This document shows, one piece after another, positions 52,360 to 63,498 of a DNA stretch of 64,000 nucleotides. The stretch comes from Methanocaldococcus sp. 16A (GTDB taxonomy: Archaea > AGJL01 > Methanococci > Methanococcales > Methanocaldococcaceae), in NCBI GenBank assembly GCA_049860595.1, contig CP187551.1; one strand, given 5' to 3'. Position 1 is the first letter of the stretch. The number at the start of each line of letters is the position of its first letter. The notes beneath the pieces were generated by a model that was given only the letters and a program-made list of their open reading frames with translations, was not told the DNA's origin and made no database searches. The translations under genes and the position numbers were made by a program.

Positions 52360-54672
52360 TTAGAGTAAGGTTTCTACCATTTTGAAGAGGTTAATATATT
52401 TATAATTGCTTTTATATTCATCACATTTTAATATATGGTCTTTTAATAATAAAAATTTACAAAAATTAATTAAAATTTCATTTTCATCATGTTCGAATTG
52501 GTCAATATACTTAGATAAATAATTACCATATTCTATATGAAATTTATTAGTTTTTATTTCTGATGGCGTAAATATTGTTATTAATTTAACTAAATCTTCC
52601 CTATCAGGATTTGCATGTTTATCTTTGGTAATGCTTTTATACATTTCTTCAAAAGTAATTTTGTTATAATTGACATGTTTTAAATCATCCATTATTATAT
52701 CAATACTCTTATACCCATCACCGGTCTCCTTTTTCGATTTTGAATATCCTCCCTCACTTACTACGTGATATTTACTATATTTTGCCAGTTTATCTTCATA
52801 ATTTTTTATTTCTTTATATTTTTCAGGATAAAACACATAGAGAATTATAAAATATAGTGTAAAAATTGTGTCAAATAAATATCCATCGTTATTCCCTGTT
52901 ATTATGTCTGGAATTAAATTTTTTAACTCATCACTTATTTTATTGGATATTTTAATTTTGACCAAATAATCATATTTGTTTAAAACTTTCTTTAAATGTC
53001 TTGGATTTGTAAAATTAATTGCTTCAAAGAATTCTGCGAGTTTTTTAGCATCGTAATCATTAAATCCATACTGTTTGACAAATTTTTCTACATTAAATGT
53101 TTTTGGCATATTAAATGAAAAGTTAAAAATCTTTTCTAAATATTCCTCTGCTTTTTCTCCATCGTTGTATTTATGTTCAAGTGCTTCTTTTACTGCTTCT
53201 TTATCTACAGCACAGATGTAATTTATATTATCTCCACTGGTGAAAAATAATTTAAGAGAAGACAAAAATTTTAAGATATTTTCCTTTTCGCATCTATCTA
53301 ACTCATCTATAAAAACTATAAGCCGTTTATTATTTTTACTGAGAATATTGGATATTTTATTAAGTCCATTTTTTAAATTTTCTACTTCTTTATATCTTTC
53401 GTTACCACATTCAAAATTAAAACCAAAAAATCCAGCATTAACACTAACAGATTTTAAAACTATTGCACCAGATTTTAAAATTTCATTTTTTATTGCTTTA
53501 ATTTCATATTTTATATCTGCATCTTTTTCTAATTCTTCAATTATTTTATTTAATAAAGCATATGCTATATTATCTTCGTTTTCATACTCCCAAGCATCAA
53601 ATTTAATCAATATCAATTTTTCTTTTTTATTGATAGATTCGTTGGATAATTCATTTATTATCAATTCTGTTAATTTTTTAATTCCATAATCTTTTTTAAT
53701 GCATTGAATCACTTTATTTTCTGAATCTAATTCCTTCATTAATGTTTTAATTACACTACTTTTACCACATCCCCAATTTCCATATAATGCTATGATTTTA
53801 TAGCTATTTAGTATATTTTTAGATATGCCTTCTTTAATCATTTCAACTTTTTTTAAAGTATCAAAACAATCTGTATCTTTGGTTAATGGAATTGGTTCAT
53901 CTATTTTATGGTCGTAATTATTAGTAGTTATAATTCTGTCTATTATTTTTTCTTCAAAAACTTTTTTCAACCATGGTTTTAATTTTAGAATTGTGGTGAT
54001 TAATATATTACTTTTGATGGATAATATATTATAAAAATTAAAACTTAAAAATAATAACATACCCCCATACATTACAAACCAATAATGCATGTTACTATAC
54101 AATATATTCAATAAGAATAATGCGAATATCCATATTATTGGATTTACATTGCTTAAAGCTATTCTTATTTTATTTGGCATATTTTTAAAAATAAAACAAT
54201 ATATAATATCTATTATTATTATAAAAATAACAACTGCCATAATACCTAAAAATATCCAAAATGATTTAAAAAATTCAATATTGTATAATAAAAATAATGA
54301 ACCTACCAATAATAAACTATATTGGACTAATATGGATATGTTACTAAAATAGCCATCTATGCTATTTTTTGATACAGTCTCTGCTGTTTGAAATGAATGA
54401 TATTTTTTATTTAAAATATACCCATATACATCATTAAAAATAGCCTCTATCCAACATAAAGCAGTGAATGAATATCCTACTATAAATAAAAGAATAGATA
54501 TTAATATATCATGATATTTGGCAAGAATATCATTTAATGCTGTAATTTCAGGATATATGCTATATAATATGCCATATAATAATAAACACCCCGCCAATAT
54601 TCCTAAAATAATCCTAAGATACCCATATCTCTCCACAATATTTTTAACATTAATTTTAACATTAAATACCAT
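52360..54672 (-). CDS. KAP-family P-loop NTPase with N-terminal multi-TM region
   Basis: Walker A GNWGCGKS, FDAWEY, Walker B VFIDELDRC, YLEKIF, NPRHLKK. Confidence 0.85.
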   Translation of the reverse strand: MVFNVKINVKNIVERYGYLRIILGILAGCLLLYGILYSIYPEITALNDILAKYHDILISILLFIVGYSFTALCWIEAIFNDVYGYILNKKYHSFQTAETVSKNSIDGYFSNISILVQYSLLLVGSLFLLYNIEFFKSFWIFLGIMAVVIFIIIIDIIYCFIFKNMPNKIRIALSNVNPIIWIFALFLLNILYSNMHYWFVMYGGMLLFLSFNFYNILSIKSNILITTILKLKPWLKKVFEEKIIDRIITTNNYDHKIDEPIPLTKDTDCFDTLKKVEMIKEGISKNILNSYKIIALYGNWGCGKSSVIKTLMKELDSENKVIQCIKKDYGIKKLTELIINELSNESINKKEKLILIKFDAWEYENEDNIAYALLNKIIEELEKDADIKYEIKAIKNEILKSGAIVLKSVSVNAGFFGFNFECGNERYKEVENLKNGLNKISNILSKNNKRLIVFIDELDRCEKENILKFLSSLKLFFTSGDNINYICAVDKEAVKEALEHKYNDGEKAEEYLEKIFNFSFNMPKTFNVEKFVKQYGFNDYDAKKLAEFFEAINFTNPRHLKKVLNKYDYLVKIKISNKISDELKNLIPDIITGNNDGYLFDTIFTLYFIILYVFYPEKYKEIKNYEDKLAKYSKYHVVSEGGYSKSKKETGDGYKSIDIIMDDLKHVNYNKITFEEMYKSITKDKHANPDREDLVKLITIFTPSEIKTNKFHIEYGNYLSKYIDQFEHDENEILINFCKFLLLKDHILKCDEYKSNYKYINLFKMVETLL

Positions 54673-54808
54673 TCTATCACTTTAACAAAATATTTTCTGT
54701 ATTCTATTTTTACCTCATTATATTTAAGTTTTTAATGGTATATTCTCAAAAACCCATAAAAATGATAATTTCAATTATCATAATTATAATTATCATTAAG
54801 TGGTTGTT

Positions 54809-56140
54809 ATGTTCATCAACAGAGAGGACGAATTAAAAGCACTAAATGAGAAGCTTAACAGTAATAAGTTTGAATTTGTAGTTATTTATGGGAGAAGAAG
54901 GATAGGAAAAACAAAATTAGTATTGAAAAGTGTAGAAAATAGAGAACATATTTATTACTTAGCAGTTGAGGGAGATAATTTAAAACATTTTAAAAGATAT
55001 GCATCAAAGGTTGTTCCAACAATTGAGTATGCCAAAGAAGATTGGGAGGCATATTTTAATTTTTTAAAGGATAAAATCATAATTATTGATGAATTTCCAA
55101 ATTTAATTAAAGAAAATCCAAATATTTTATCATTATTCCAAAGAATCGTAGATATTCATTTGAAAGATACAAAAACAAAACTAATAATTCTTGGCTCTTC
55201 ACTGTCTATGATGGGAGAGAAAGTTTTAAGTTATAAATCCCCACTTTATGGAAGAAAAACAGGCGTTTTAAAAATCAGACCGTTAAAGTTTAAGCATTTA
55301 AAGGAATTTTTCCCTAACGCTACTTGGGAAGAGTTAGTTGAGATTTATGGATTTGCTGATGGCATTCCATATTATCTTGAGAAAATAAAGCTTCCATTTT
55401 GGAAATACTTAAATGAGGAACTTAAGAGAGTAGATAGCTTTTTGAGATATGAGGTTGATTTTTTGATGAAGTATGAGTTTGAAGAGCCAACAACTTACAA
55501 AAAAATACTTGAGGCAATTGCATTTGGTAATCATACACTTGGAGAGATAAAGAATTATTTAGGCATTAAGCATTCAGATTTAACACCGTATTTAAAAAAC
55601 TTGATTGAAGTTGAATTTGTAGAGAGAGAAATCCCTATAACTGAAAGTCCAAAAACAAAAAAAGGAAGATACTACATTAAGGATAATTTTATTACATTTT
55701 ATTTTAGATACATTTTTCCAAACCTATCTGCAATTGAAGAGGGAATTTTTGAGATTGATGAAATAAAAGCTGACTATAATCAATATTTAGGCTTTGTTTT
55801 TGGAAAAGTTGCTAAGGAATTTTTGATTGAGTTAAATAAAATGAACAAATTGCCATTTAAATTTTTAAACATTGGAAGATGGTGGAAAAAAGGAGAAGAG
55901 ATTGACTTAATTGCTTTAAATAAAAATGAGAAAAAGGCATTATTTATTGAAGTTAAATGGAAGAACTTGAAAGATAGGGATGTTAAAAGAATACTCAATA
56001 ATTTAGAAAGAAAATCAGAACTCGTTGGATTGAGTGATTATGAAAAATACTATGCCATCATAGGAAAAGAAATTAAAAATAAAGAAAATCTTAAAGATTA
56101 TTTAGTGTTTGATTTGGAAGATTTTAATAAACTTCTTTAA
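54809..56140 (+). CDS. Archaeal ATPase (ATPase_2) with DUF234/PD-(D/E)xK-like C-terminus
   Basis: FINREDEL, YGRRRIGKT, IIDEF, SPLYGR, RWW..GEEIDLIA, IEVKW. Confidence 0.88.
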   Translation: MFINREDELKALNEKLNSNKFEFVVIYGRRRIGKTKLVLKSVENREHIYYLAVEGDNLKHFKRYASKVVPTIEYAKEDWEAYFNFLKDKIIIIDEFPNLIKENPNILSLFQRIVDIHLKDTKTKLIILGSSLSMMGEKVLSYKSPLYGRKTGVLKIRPLKFKHLKEFFPNATWEELVEIYGFADGIPYYLEKIKLPFWKYLNEELKRVDSFLRYEVDFLMKYEFEEPTTYKKILEAIAFGNHTLGEIKNYLGIKHSDLTPYLKNLIEVEFVEREIPITESPKTKKGRYYIKDNFITFYFRYIFPNLSAIEEGIFEIDEIKADYNQYLGFVFGKVAKEFLIELNKMNKLPFKFLNIGRWWKKGEEIDLIALNKNEKKALFIEVKWKNLKDRDVKRILNNLERKSELVGLSDYEKYYAIIGKEIKNKENLKDYLVFDLEDFNKLL

Positions 56141-57233
56141 TCTTCTCACACAACAACTCAAAATCCTCCTTTTTATGTCCAACATTTATACTTACTCTTA
56201 TTCTTTCTAAACCTTTAGGAACTGTTGGATATCTAATTCCCACGCAAAAGATGTTATTCTTTATTAAATGCTCTGCTATCTCCATAGTTCTTTCTTTAAA
56301 AATGAATGGATAAATTGGAGTTAAATTATCCTCCTTAATAAACCCATTTTTCTTAAAAATCTCATTTGCTATTTTTATGTTTTTTTGGAGTTTTTTAACA
56401 ACATCTCCCCTTTCAATAATCTCAAATGCCTTAATGCAGCCTTCAACAACATGTGGAGGTAGAGCAGTTGAAAAAATAAAACTCCTTGAAGTGTTTATTA
56501 AATACTCTATAACTTCCTCAATTCCACAAACAAATCCTCCTAATCCTCCAATTGCCTTTGATAATGTCCCAATTTGAATAATGTTGTCAGAAGGTTTTAA
56601 ATTAAAGTGCTTTAAACTTCCTTTCCCATCTCCCAAAACCCCTGTACCGTGTGCATCGTCAATAATTAAAATGGCATTAAACTCATCCGCTATCTTCTTT
56701 AAATCTTTAAGTGGAGCAATATCTCCATCCATACTAAAAACGCTGTCAGTTATAATGAATAAATTGTTGTATTTTTTCCAATTTTCTTCAATTAAATTGG
56801 TTAAATGCTCTACATCACAATGATTGTAAATCAAAACATCCGCCTTACTTAACCTACAGCCATCTATGATAGAGGCATGATTAAGTTTATCACTCAAAAT
56901 TAAATCCCCTTTTTTGCATAATGCAGAGATAACTCCAACATTTGTTGCATAGCCAGAGGAATAAACCAAAGCCCTCTCTGTTTCTTTAAACTCAGCAATC
57001 TTTTCCTCCAATCTTTGATGATTTATATTTCCAGATGTTAATCTTGAGCCAGTTGCTCCTACTCCATATTTTAGTCCTTCTTTAACTGCCTCAACAACCT
57101 CTGGATGTTTTGATAGGCATAGATAATCATTTGAAGAAAAATCTAAAATATTATCTCCTTTTTCTCTCAAAAATCTATACAATCCATTGTTTTTTATGAC
57201 TTCAATCTTTCTCTTTAATTTTTCTCTAAACAT
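56124..57233 (-). CDS. bioF: 8-amino-7-oxononanoate synthase
   Basis: FSSNDYL, GSRLTSG, NHASIIDG, SMDGD, DDAHG, GTLSKA. Confidence 0.95.
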   Translation of the reverse strand: MFREKLKRKIEVIKNNGLYRFLREKGDNILDFSSNDYLCLSKHPEVVEAVKEGLKYGVGATGSRLTSGNINHQRLEEKIAEFKETERALVYSSGYATNVGVISALCKKGDLILSDKLNHASIIDGCRLSKADVLIYNHCDVEHLTNLIEENWKKYNNLFIITDSVFSMDGDIAPLKDLKKIADEFNAILIIDDAHGTGVLGDGKGSLKHFNLKPSDNIIQIGTLSKAIGGLGGFVCGIEEVIEYLINTSRSFIFSTALPPHVVEGCIKAFEIIERGDVVKKLQKNIKIANEIFKKNGFIKEDNLTPIYPFIFKERTMEIAEHLIKNNIFCVGIRYPTVPKGLERIRVSINVGHKKEDFELLCEKIKEVY

Positions 57234-57245
57234 AAAAATCCCTTT

Positions 57246-57947
57246 TTATTTTATAATGAATGGCTTATTTTCTAATTTGTTTATTAAGTCCTCTATATCA
57301 ACATCATTTTTAACAAAAAATACTCTTCCTCCATTCTCTCCATATTCTTTTAAATTTGTAATCCTAAAATAGCCCTTTTTAGTTGCAACATAACCAGTTG
57401 TGTAACTTTTATTATCTGAGGTGCATAACTCAGCTATAACTCCCAAATGAATAACCTTAGATGCTATTGCAATGGCATCAACAGTCCTTTCTGTTCCTAA
57501 ATTTTCTTTTAAAATCTTCTCTTTTAGTTCTTTTGTTGTATCTATATTTTTAACTCTAACACCTCTTTCTTTATCTGGCTCTAACCTATCCCCTCTTAAA
57601 TTTAAAATTGCCGCCCCCCTCATTCCTCCCTTATCAATAATCTCAAATGCATAATCTATTACTTTATCTGGAATGCCCTCATTTTTTAATAACTCTCTTG
57701 CCTTTTCTCTTGCCTCTTCTTTATTTTTACATTCTATTGTTTTTATTGGCAAGTGGTTGATATAAGTTATATTTTCCTTAATCTCCTCAATCTTTAGGTT
57801 TATAAAATCTGGTGTTCCATTTTCGTGTGTTAAAGCTCTTCTTATCAACTCTTTTGCTACTTCTTCAATCTCTTCCTTATTTACAATCCTTTCTGCCCCA
57901 GAAATGTGTTTCCCATCTTTTGAAGCCCTCATTTTTATGCTATACAT
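57246..57947 (-). CDS. bioW: 6-carboxyhexanoate-CoA ligase
   Basis: [36 protein letters not shown]...YTTGYVA. Confidence 0.93.
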   Translation of the reverse strand: MYSIKMRASKDGKHISGAERIVNKEEIEEVAKELIRRALTHENGTPDFINLKIEEIKENITYINHLPIKTIECKNKEEAREKARELLKNEGIPDKVIDYAFEIIDKGGMRGAAILNLRGDRLEPDKERGVRVKNIDTTKELKEKILKENLGTERTVDAIAIASKVIHLGVIAELCTSDNKSYTTGYVATKKGYFRITNLKEYGENGGRVFFVKNDVDIEDLINKLENKPFIIK

Positions 57948-57963
57948 ATTCTCACATTTTAGT

Positions 57964-58230
57964 TTAATCTCTCATTTTAGTCCATGCTCCCTCATCTCCT
58001 AAAACACATATTCCCAAATCAGCATTTTTTAACAATAGTTTGTCATTTGCCCCATTCCCAAAGGTGATGATTTTTTTATTTTTGTATTTTTCTCTAATCT
58101 CTTTAAAATTTCATTTTTTGCTATTTTCTCACCATTAAACTTTTCTTTATTAATTTTTATTCCTTTTACTCCTAACTCTCTTTCTATATCTTTCAATGTT
58201 ACAAATGTATCAGCAGATAATATAAAAATT
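57964..58230 (-). pseudogene. Frameshifted fragment of a HAD-superfamily/soluble P-type ATPase-like gene
   Basis: IFILSADTFVTL...KIAKMKIL, frameshift, then KIITFGNGANDKLLLKNADLGICVLGDEGAW; N-terminal DxDGT part missing. Confidence 0.75.
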
Positions 58231-58278
58231 TGATGATTTTTACATTAATAAGTATTTTGAAAGATACTGTTGATATAA

Positions 58279-58806
58279 GGAGTTGTTATTGGTAATAGTT
58301 CAGTTTTTATAGGTTTGGCAAAGTTTTTAGGAATGGATTATATTGAATGTGAGGATTTTAAAAAAGCTGTTGAGATGGCAATTAATTTAGATTATGATTT
58401 CATCCACATTCATACAAAAGAGATTGATGAAGCTGCTCACACAAAGAATCCAGAATTTAAAAAAGAAATTATTGAGAAGATTGATAAATGTTTAGAGCCA
58501 TTATTGAGTTTAGAGGATGATTTAATTATTATTACAGCAGATCACTCAATGCCTTCTGTAGGGGATTTAATCCACTCTGGGGAAAGTGTTCCTATAGTAA
58601 TAGTTGGGAAGAATATTAGGAGAGATGATGTTAAGGAATTTAATGAAAGGGCTTGTGCAAAGGGAAGTTTATATATAAAGGCAAATGATTTAATGAATAT
58701 TATTTTAAATTACACAGATAGGGCTTTATTGTATGGAGTAAGGCCAAATAAAATTTTAAGATACATTCCAGATGACAGTAAAACAAAACATTTAAAAATA
58801 GAGTAA
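58279..58806 (+). pseudogene. C-terminal fragment of BPG-independent phosphoglycerate mutase (ApgM-like)
   Basis: DFIHIH.K..DEAAH, ITADHS.P, HSGESVP, FNERAC; in-frame stop at 58276 and roughly 250 N-terminal residues absent. Confidence 0.8.
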
Positions 58807-58966
58807 TTTTTGGCTTTTTAATAAATCTAAATAATCTTCTTTTTTGACAAAAAAATATTAATGATTTTTTCAATAGAAATATTTATGATTTATATTGTTA
58901 GATTTAATGAAAATTCCCTAACAAAGTTCTTTACTCCTTTTATATTTACTATCATAAAGTGGTAGA

Positions 58967-59449
58967 ATGGAAAAGGATAACAAACAAAAAGATAGGAATA
59001 AAGTTGATTCATTGGATGATTGGATAAAGGATCATAAACTATGTGTTGGAAGTTTCATAATATTTTTAGGCTTTTTTATTGGTAGTTTAATTGCTTTTTG
59101 GTTGCACTCCTTAACAGGACTTGGTATTATGGGAACTTGCATTCTCTTTTCTGTATTGATTGGAGCAAATTTCCTTTCAAAAGAAAAGGATCTAACAACT
59201 GGAGAAGTTAGAAGAGCCATAACAATCTCATTCATATCAGTATTTTTTGGTTTGTTAGCATTTGGAGATACAATTAAAACAGATAATAGAATTATTAACT
59301 CTATTTTAGAAAACTTCTGGTGGATAATCGTAACTATAATTGGATTTTATTTCGGTGGAAGATCAGCTGAGAATATCGTTGAGAATATAACTAAAAGATG
59401 GTCTAAAAATTCTTCTGGAAATAGTGTAGAAAAACTTGAAAAAAAATGA
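58967..59449 (+). CDS. Small 4-TM membrane protein
   Basis: Hydrophobic segments; GEVRRAI and IIGFYFGGRSAE motifs. Confidence 0.7.
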   Translation: MEKDNKQKDRNKVDSLDDWIKDHKLCVGSFIIFLGFFIGSLIAFWLHSLTGLGIMGTCILFSVLIGANFLSKEKDLTTGEVRRAITISFISVFFGLLAFGDTIKTDNRIINSILENFWWIIVTIIGFYFGGRSAENIVENITKRWSKNSSGNSVEKLEKK

Positions 59450-59586
59450 AATGTTAATAATTCTAAAAAGAAGAATCATTTCAGGGGCAGATTAGGTTAT
59501 AAATCAATAATATCAAAGTTATAGATGTTTATGTGCATTATCTAAAAATAAATACTCATTTTTTTAATGTTTTTTAGTGTTTAGTT

Positions 59587-60354
59587 TTACAAATCCACTA
59601 AACTAAAAATTAAATCCGATTTTTTACAGTATCTTTTTAATCGTTCTTTGACTTCATAAGATTTTCCAAGTACAGGCCAAAGAATAGAATCTATGTGAAG
59701 TGGAGGAATATTAGTTTCCTTACCAATTTTTTTCCAAAATTTTATAGGATCTTCATTGGTAAATTTTTTTGTATATTTTTCAATTCTGCTATCTTTTGGT
59801 ATCTCTATTTCCATAGGGTAGGGGATGAAGCTATTAAACGATATCCTTGATGCGTATCCAAACATTTTAACTGTAAATACTACTGTTTTAGATTCTTTTT
59901 TTGTTTTTAACTGGTTTGCTAAGTGATTTCTAAATACATTCATATTTTGATAATATTCTTTAATATCATCAATATTTAGATTTTCTAAGAAAGGTTTTAT
60001 TTTATCAATTCTTTTTATTTTTGCATTTAGAAGCCTTCTATTACTTTTACAATTTACTAAAAAATCTTTATATTTTTTAAAAATATCTTCTTTAATCTCT
60101 TTATTTGGCCAATAATTTGAAAATTCTTTCCACCAAAGTTCTCCAGTTGATGATAGTTGATAACTAACCAATGCATTGAGAATAACCAATTTAATAAATA
60201 ATTCATCATCTTTAAGATTTTTTTGGAGATTTTTTAAATACAAATACTGTAAATCAACATTTTCCTCTAATTCTTTTGCAGTATCTATTCCTAGTTCTTT
60301 TAATATTGATTTTAGTTTCTCTATTTTTTCACTGTTCATAATAAAACTCACCAT
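59587..60354 (-). CDS. N-glycosylase/DNA lyase, AGOG family (8-oxoguanine)
   Basis: DLQY, NALVSYQLS..GE.WW.EF, KTVVF.VKMFGY, IP.DSRI, IPPLHIDSILW. Confidence 0.88.
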   Translation of the reverse strand: MVSFIMNSEKIEKLKSILKELGIDTAKELEENVDLQYLYLKNLQKNLKDDELFIKLVILNALVSYQLSSTGELWWKEFSNYWPNKEIKEDIFKKYKDFLVNCKSNRRLLNAKIKRIDKIKPFLENLNIDDIKEYYQNMNVFRNHLANQLKTKKESKTVVFTVKMFGYASRISFNSFIPYPMEIEIPKDSRIEKYTKKFTNEDPIKFWKKIGKETNIPPLHIDSILWPVLGKSYEVKERLKRYCKKSDLIFSLVDL

Positions 60355-60467
60355 TTATAACTAATTATCAATCTAAAAAATAAATATAATTAAGCTAAAT
60401 TATGTTGAAAAATCTTAATAAAGATATTTAACTTTATCTAAATTTGTATCAAATGATTGGTGATAAG

Positions 60468-61124
60468 ATGAGATACGATTTTCATACACATACTGTATTT
60501 AGTGATGGAGAGTTAATTCCTTCTGAATTGGTTAGAAGGGCTATGGTTTTAAAGCATAAGGCAATAGCAATAACTGACCACGCAGATGCAAGTAACTATA
60601 AGGAGTTAATTGAAAAAACAATCCTTGCAAAAGAGGAGTTAAAAAACTACTGGGATATTGAGGTTATAGTAGGAGTTGAATTAACTCACATCCCACCAAA
60701 ATCAATACCAAAGATGGCAAAAAAAGCTAAAGATTTGGGGGCTGAGATTGTTGTAGTTCATGGAGAGACAGTTGTTGAGCCAGTTGAAGAAGGAACAAAC
60801 TATTATGCATCAATATCTGAAGATGTTGATATATTGGCTCATCCTGGATTTATTGATAAAGAGGTTGCTGAAAATTTGAAGGAGAATGATATATTTGTTG
60901 AAATTACTTCAAGAAGAGGGCATAATATAACAAATGGTTTTGTAGCTAATATTGCAAGAGAATTTGGATTAAAAACTTTGATAAATACTGACACTCACTC
61001 CCCAGATGATTTAATTGATGTTGAATTTGCAAAAAAGGTTGGTTTAGGAGCAGGATTAACAAATAAAGAATTGGAAAATACACTATTACATTATCCAAAA
61101 GAGTTATTGAAGAGAATAAAATAA
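60468..61124 (+). CDS. PHP-domain phosphoesterase
   Basis: DFHTHT..SDG, ITDH, GVE, LAHPG, NTDTH. Confidence 0.88.
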   Translation: MRYDFHTHTVFSDGELIPSELVRRAMVLKHKAIAITDHADASNYKELIEKTILAKEELKNYWDIEVIVGVELTHIPPKSIPKMAKKAKDLGAEIVVVHGETVVEPVEEGTNYYASISEDVDILAHPGFIDKEVAENLKENDIFVEITSRRGHNITNGFVANIAREFGLKTLINTDTHSPDDLIDVEFAKKVGLGAGLTNKELENTLLHYPKELLKRIK

Positions 61125-61157
61125 TATTTTGCTATTAATTTATTATTTATCCACATT

Positions 61158-62447
61158 TTGGTGGAGATTATGGTTAAAATTGAAAATAAATTGGATATAA
61201 AATCCACTCTAAAATCTATTCTATTAGGCATAATAAAACTATTTTTAAGCATAATTAAATATGTGTTCTATTTATTTTGTGATATTATAAAAACAACATG
61301 GGGATTATGGATTCCTTCAGTTTTTGTAATAACTATTAATTGGACAAAGACATATAACATTTTAATTTTCATTTTATTTTTAATTATTTTTTTAATAGGT
61401 ATTTTCATGTTTAAATTATATAAAAAAGATGATAATGTAAAAAAAGAAGATTACAAAGGAAATATTGATAAACATGTTAGAAAAAACTTTGAAATTCTTG
61501 GAGAAAAGCTTTTATTACCATTATTAAAAGTTTTATTTGTGATATATTTTATTTTTGTATTAATTATTATTAAATATGCCAATTATTTGGAATACATATA
61601 TTCAATAGTTGAATTATTTAGAATTGATTCAATAAAATCATTTTTCGTGACATTATGGAGTGAAAATCCTACGATTTTGTTATCTATAATAGTAACTGTA
61701 ATATCTGCTTATATCTATATGTTAGACTATATGGCACAACATAGACGACTTATGTTCAGTAGAGAATGGGTAGGAAAAAAATATCTGTTATTTATGAAAT
61801 ATCTTTATGGATACTTTAATTATTTTATAATTCCATTTATTATGCTTCCATTTATGATTCATAAACATTTATGGCTGGAAATATTTTTCATTATTTTAAT
61901 GTATTATCTAACCACTAAATACTTTATTCCTATAATTCATTATTATAGTATAGCAACATGTTCATATGAGTTTATCAATAGATTTAATATTGCTCGAAAA
62001 AAAGATGAAATTCAAACTTTAATGGAGGTGTTATTTTTAATACTTAACTATGAAAAATCCAAAAAGGATATTAAGATTTATGAGAAAATAGAGACATTTT
62101 TAAGAAAGAGTATCTTAATATTTATTGAAAATGTTGATTTATTGCAAAAATTACTGATTTCACTAATAGTTCTACTTTCTATTATATTTTGGTTTTTAAA
62201 ATTTAATTTCCTAACGATTCTCTATATATTTCTAACATTAACTTATTGTTATATGATTATTTGCTATGCTCTTCAAGATTTTCCTAATTACAAAGCTGAT
62301 ATTTACTTAAATAACAATGAAAAAATAAAAGATGTTTATATCATAGAGGACAATCCAGAGGGTTATATTGTAGTTTTAGATAAAAATGATAGAATTACAA
62401 AAATTATGAAAAGTAGTATAATTAAAATAGAATACAAAAACCCATAA
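61158..62447 (+). CDS. AT-rich polytopic membrane protein of unknown function
   Basis: About 8 hydrophobic segments; short beta-rich C-terminal domain. Confidence 0.6.
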   Translation: MVEIMVKIENKLDIKSTLKSILLGIIKLFLSIIKYVFYLFCDIIKTTWGLWIPSVFVITINWTKTYNILIFILFLIIFLIGIFMFKLYKKDDNVKKEDYKGNIDKHVRKNFEILGEKLLLPLLKVLFVIYFIFVLIIIKYANYLEYIYSIVELFRIDSIKSFFVTLWSENPTILLSIIVTVISAYIYMLDYMAQHRRLMFSREWVGKKYLLFMKYLYGYFNYFIIPFIMLPFMIHKHLWLEIFFIILMYYLTTKYFIPIIHYYSIATCSYEFINRFNIARKKDEIQTLMEVLFLILNYEKSKKDIKIYEKIETFLRKSILIFIENVDLLQKLLISLIVLLSIIFWFLKFNFLTILYIFLTLTYCYMIICYALQDFPNYKADIYLNNNEKIKDVYIIEDNPEGYIVVLDKNDRITKIMKSSIIKIEYKNP

Positions 62448-62460
62448 TTTAGGTGAAAGA

Positions 62461-63318
62461 ATGAAAATCTCTGATGTTGTTGTTGAATTGTTTAGGGAAG
62501 CAGTTATTTATCTACCAAAAGATGTAAAAGATGCATTAAAAGAGGCTTGTATTAAAGAAAGTAGTGAAATATCAAAAAATACTTTAAAAGCAATTGTAGA
62601 AAACAATGAAATTGCTGAAGAAAAGCAAGTTCCTTTATGTCAAGATACTGGTGTTCCAATAATATTTTTAAAAATTGGGAAAAACATAAATTCATCAGAA
62701 ATTATGAAAATCATTGAGGATTTAAAAGAAGGTGTAAAAAAGGCAACAAAAGAGATTCCTTTAAGGCCTAATGTAGTTCATCCTTTAACAAGAGAGAATT
62801 TTAAAACTAATGTTGGATTAAATGCTCCTTTTATAAACATAGAGTTTGATGAAAGCTTAGATAGAGAGATTGAGATAATTGCATTCCCAAAAGGGGCTGG
62901 TAGCGAGAATATGAGTGCTTTAAAGATGCTAAAGCCATCTGATGGCATAGAAGGAATAAAGAAATTTGTCCTTGAAACTGTAGCTAACGCTGGGGGTAAA
63001 CCTTGCCCACCAATAGTTATTGGAATAGGTATTGGTGGAACTGCAGATGTGGCATTAAAATTAGCTAAAAAGGCATTATTAAGAGATATTGGAGAAAGGC
63101 ATAGAGATAAAGAAATAGCTGAGCTTGAAAAAGAGTTGTTAGAGAAGATAAATAGCTTAGGAATAGGTGTTATGGGTTTAGGTGGAAATACAACTGCCTT
63201 AGATGTATTTATTGAAATTGCTGGCTGCCACACAGCTTCTCTACCTGTTGGAATTTGTATTCAATGCTGGGCGGATAGAAAAGCACGTAAAAAAATAAAA
63301 ATAGATGAAGTTGAATAG
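62461..63318 (+). CDS. fumA: Fumarate hydratase (class I) alpha subunit
   Basis: PLCQDTG, PLRPN, KGAGSEN, GGKPCPP, GIGVMGLGG, HTASLP, QCWA. Confidence 0.92.
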   Translation: MKISDVVVELFREAVIYLPKDVKDALKEACIKESSEISKNTLKAIVENNEIAEEKQVPLCQDTGVPIIFLKIGKNINSSEIMKIIEDLKEGVKKATKEIPLRPNVVHPLTRENFKTNVGLNAPFINIEFDESLDREIEIIAFPKGAGSENMSALKMLKPSDGIEGIKKFVLETVANAGGKPCPPIVIGIGIGGTADVALKLAKKALLRDIGERHRDKEIAELEKELLEKINSLGIGVMGLGGNTTALDVFIEIAGCHTASLPVGICIQCWADRKARKKIKIDEVE

Positions 63319-63498
63319 CAAGAATAAGTAATATATTTTAGTGCATTATTCAATATATCAAACTATTTTTAATACATTTAAACATTTAAACATAAAATAT
63401 ATAAAACAAAGTTAAATTTCATATTCTGCACTTAAAGTTTAAATATTAAATGCGTTATAATATTAATCACCAAAAAATTCTGTTAAAAGGTGAGATTA

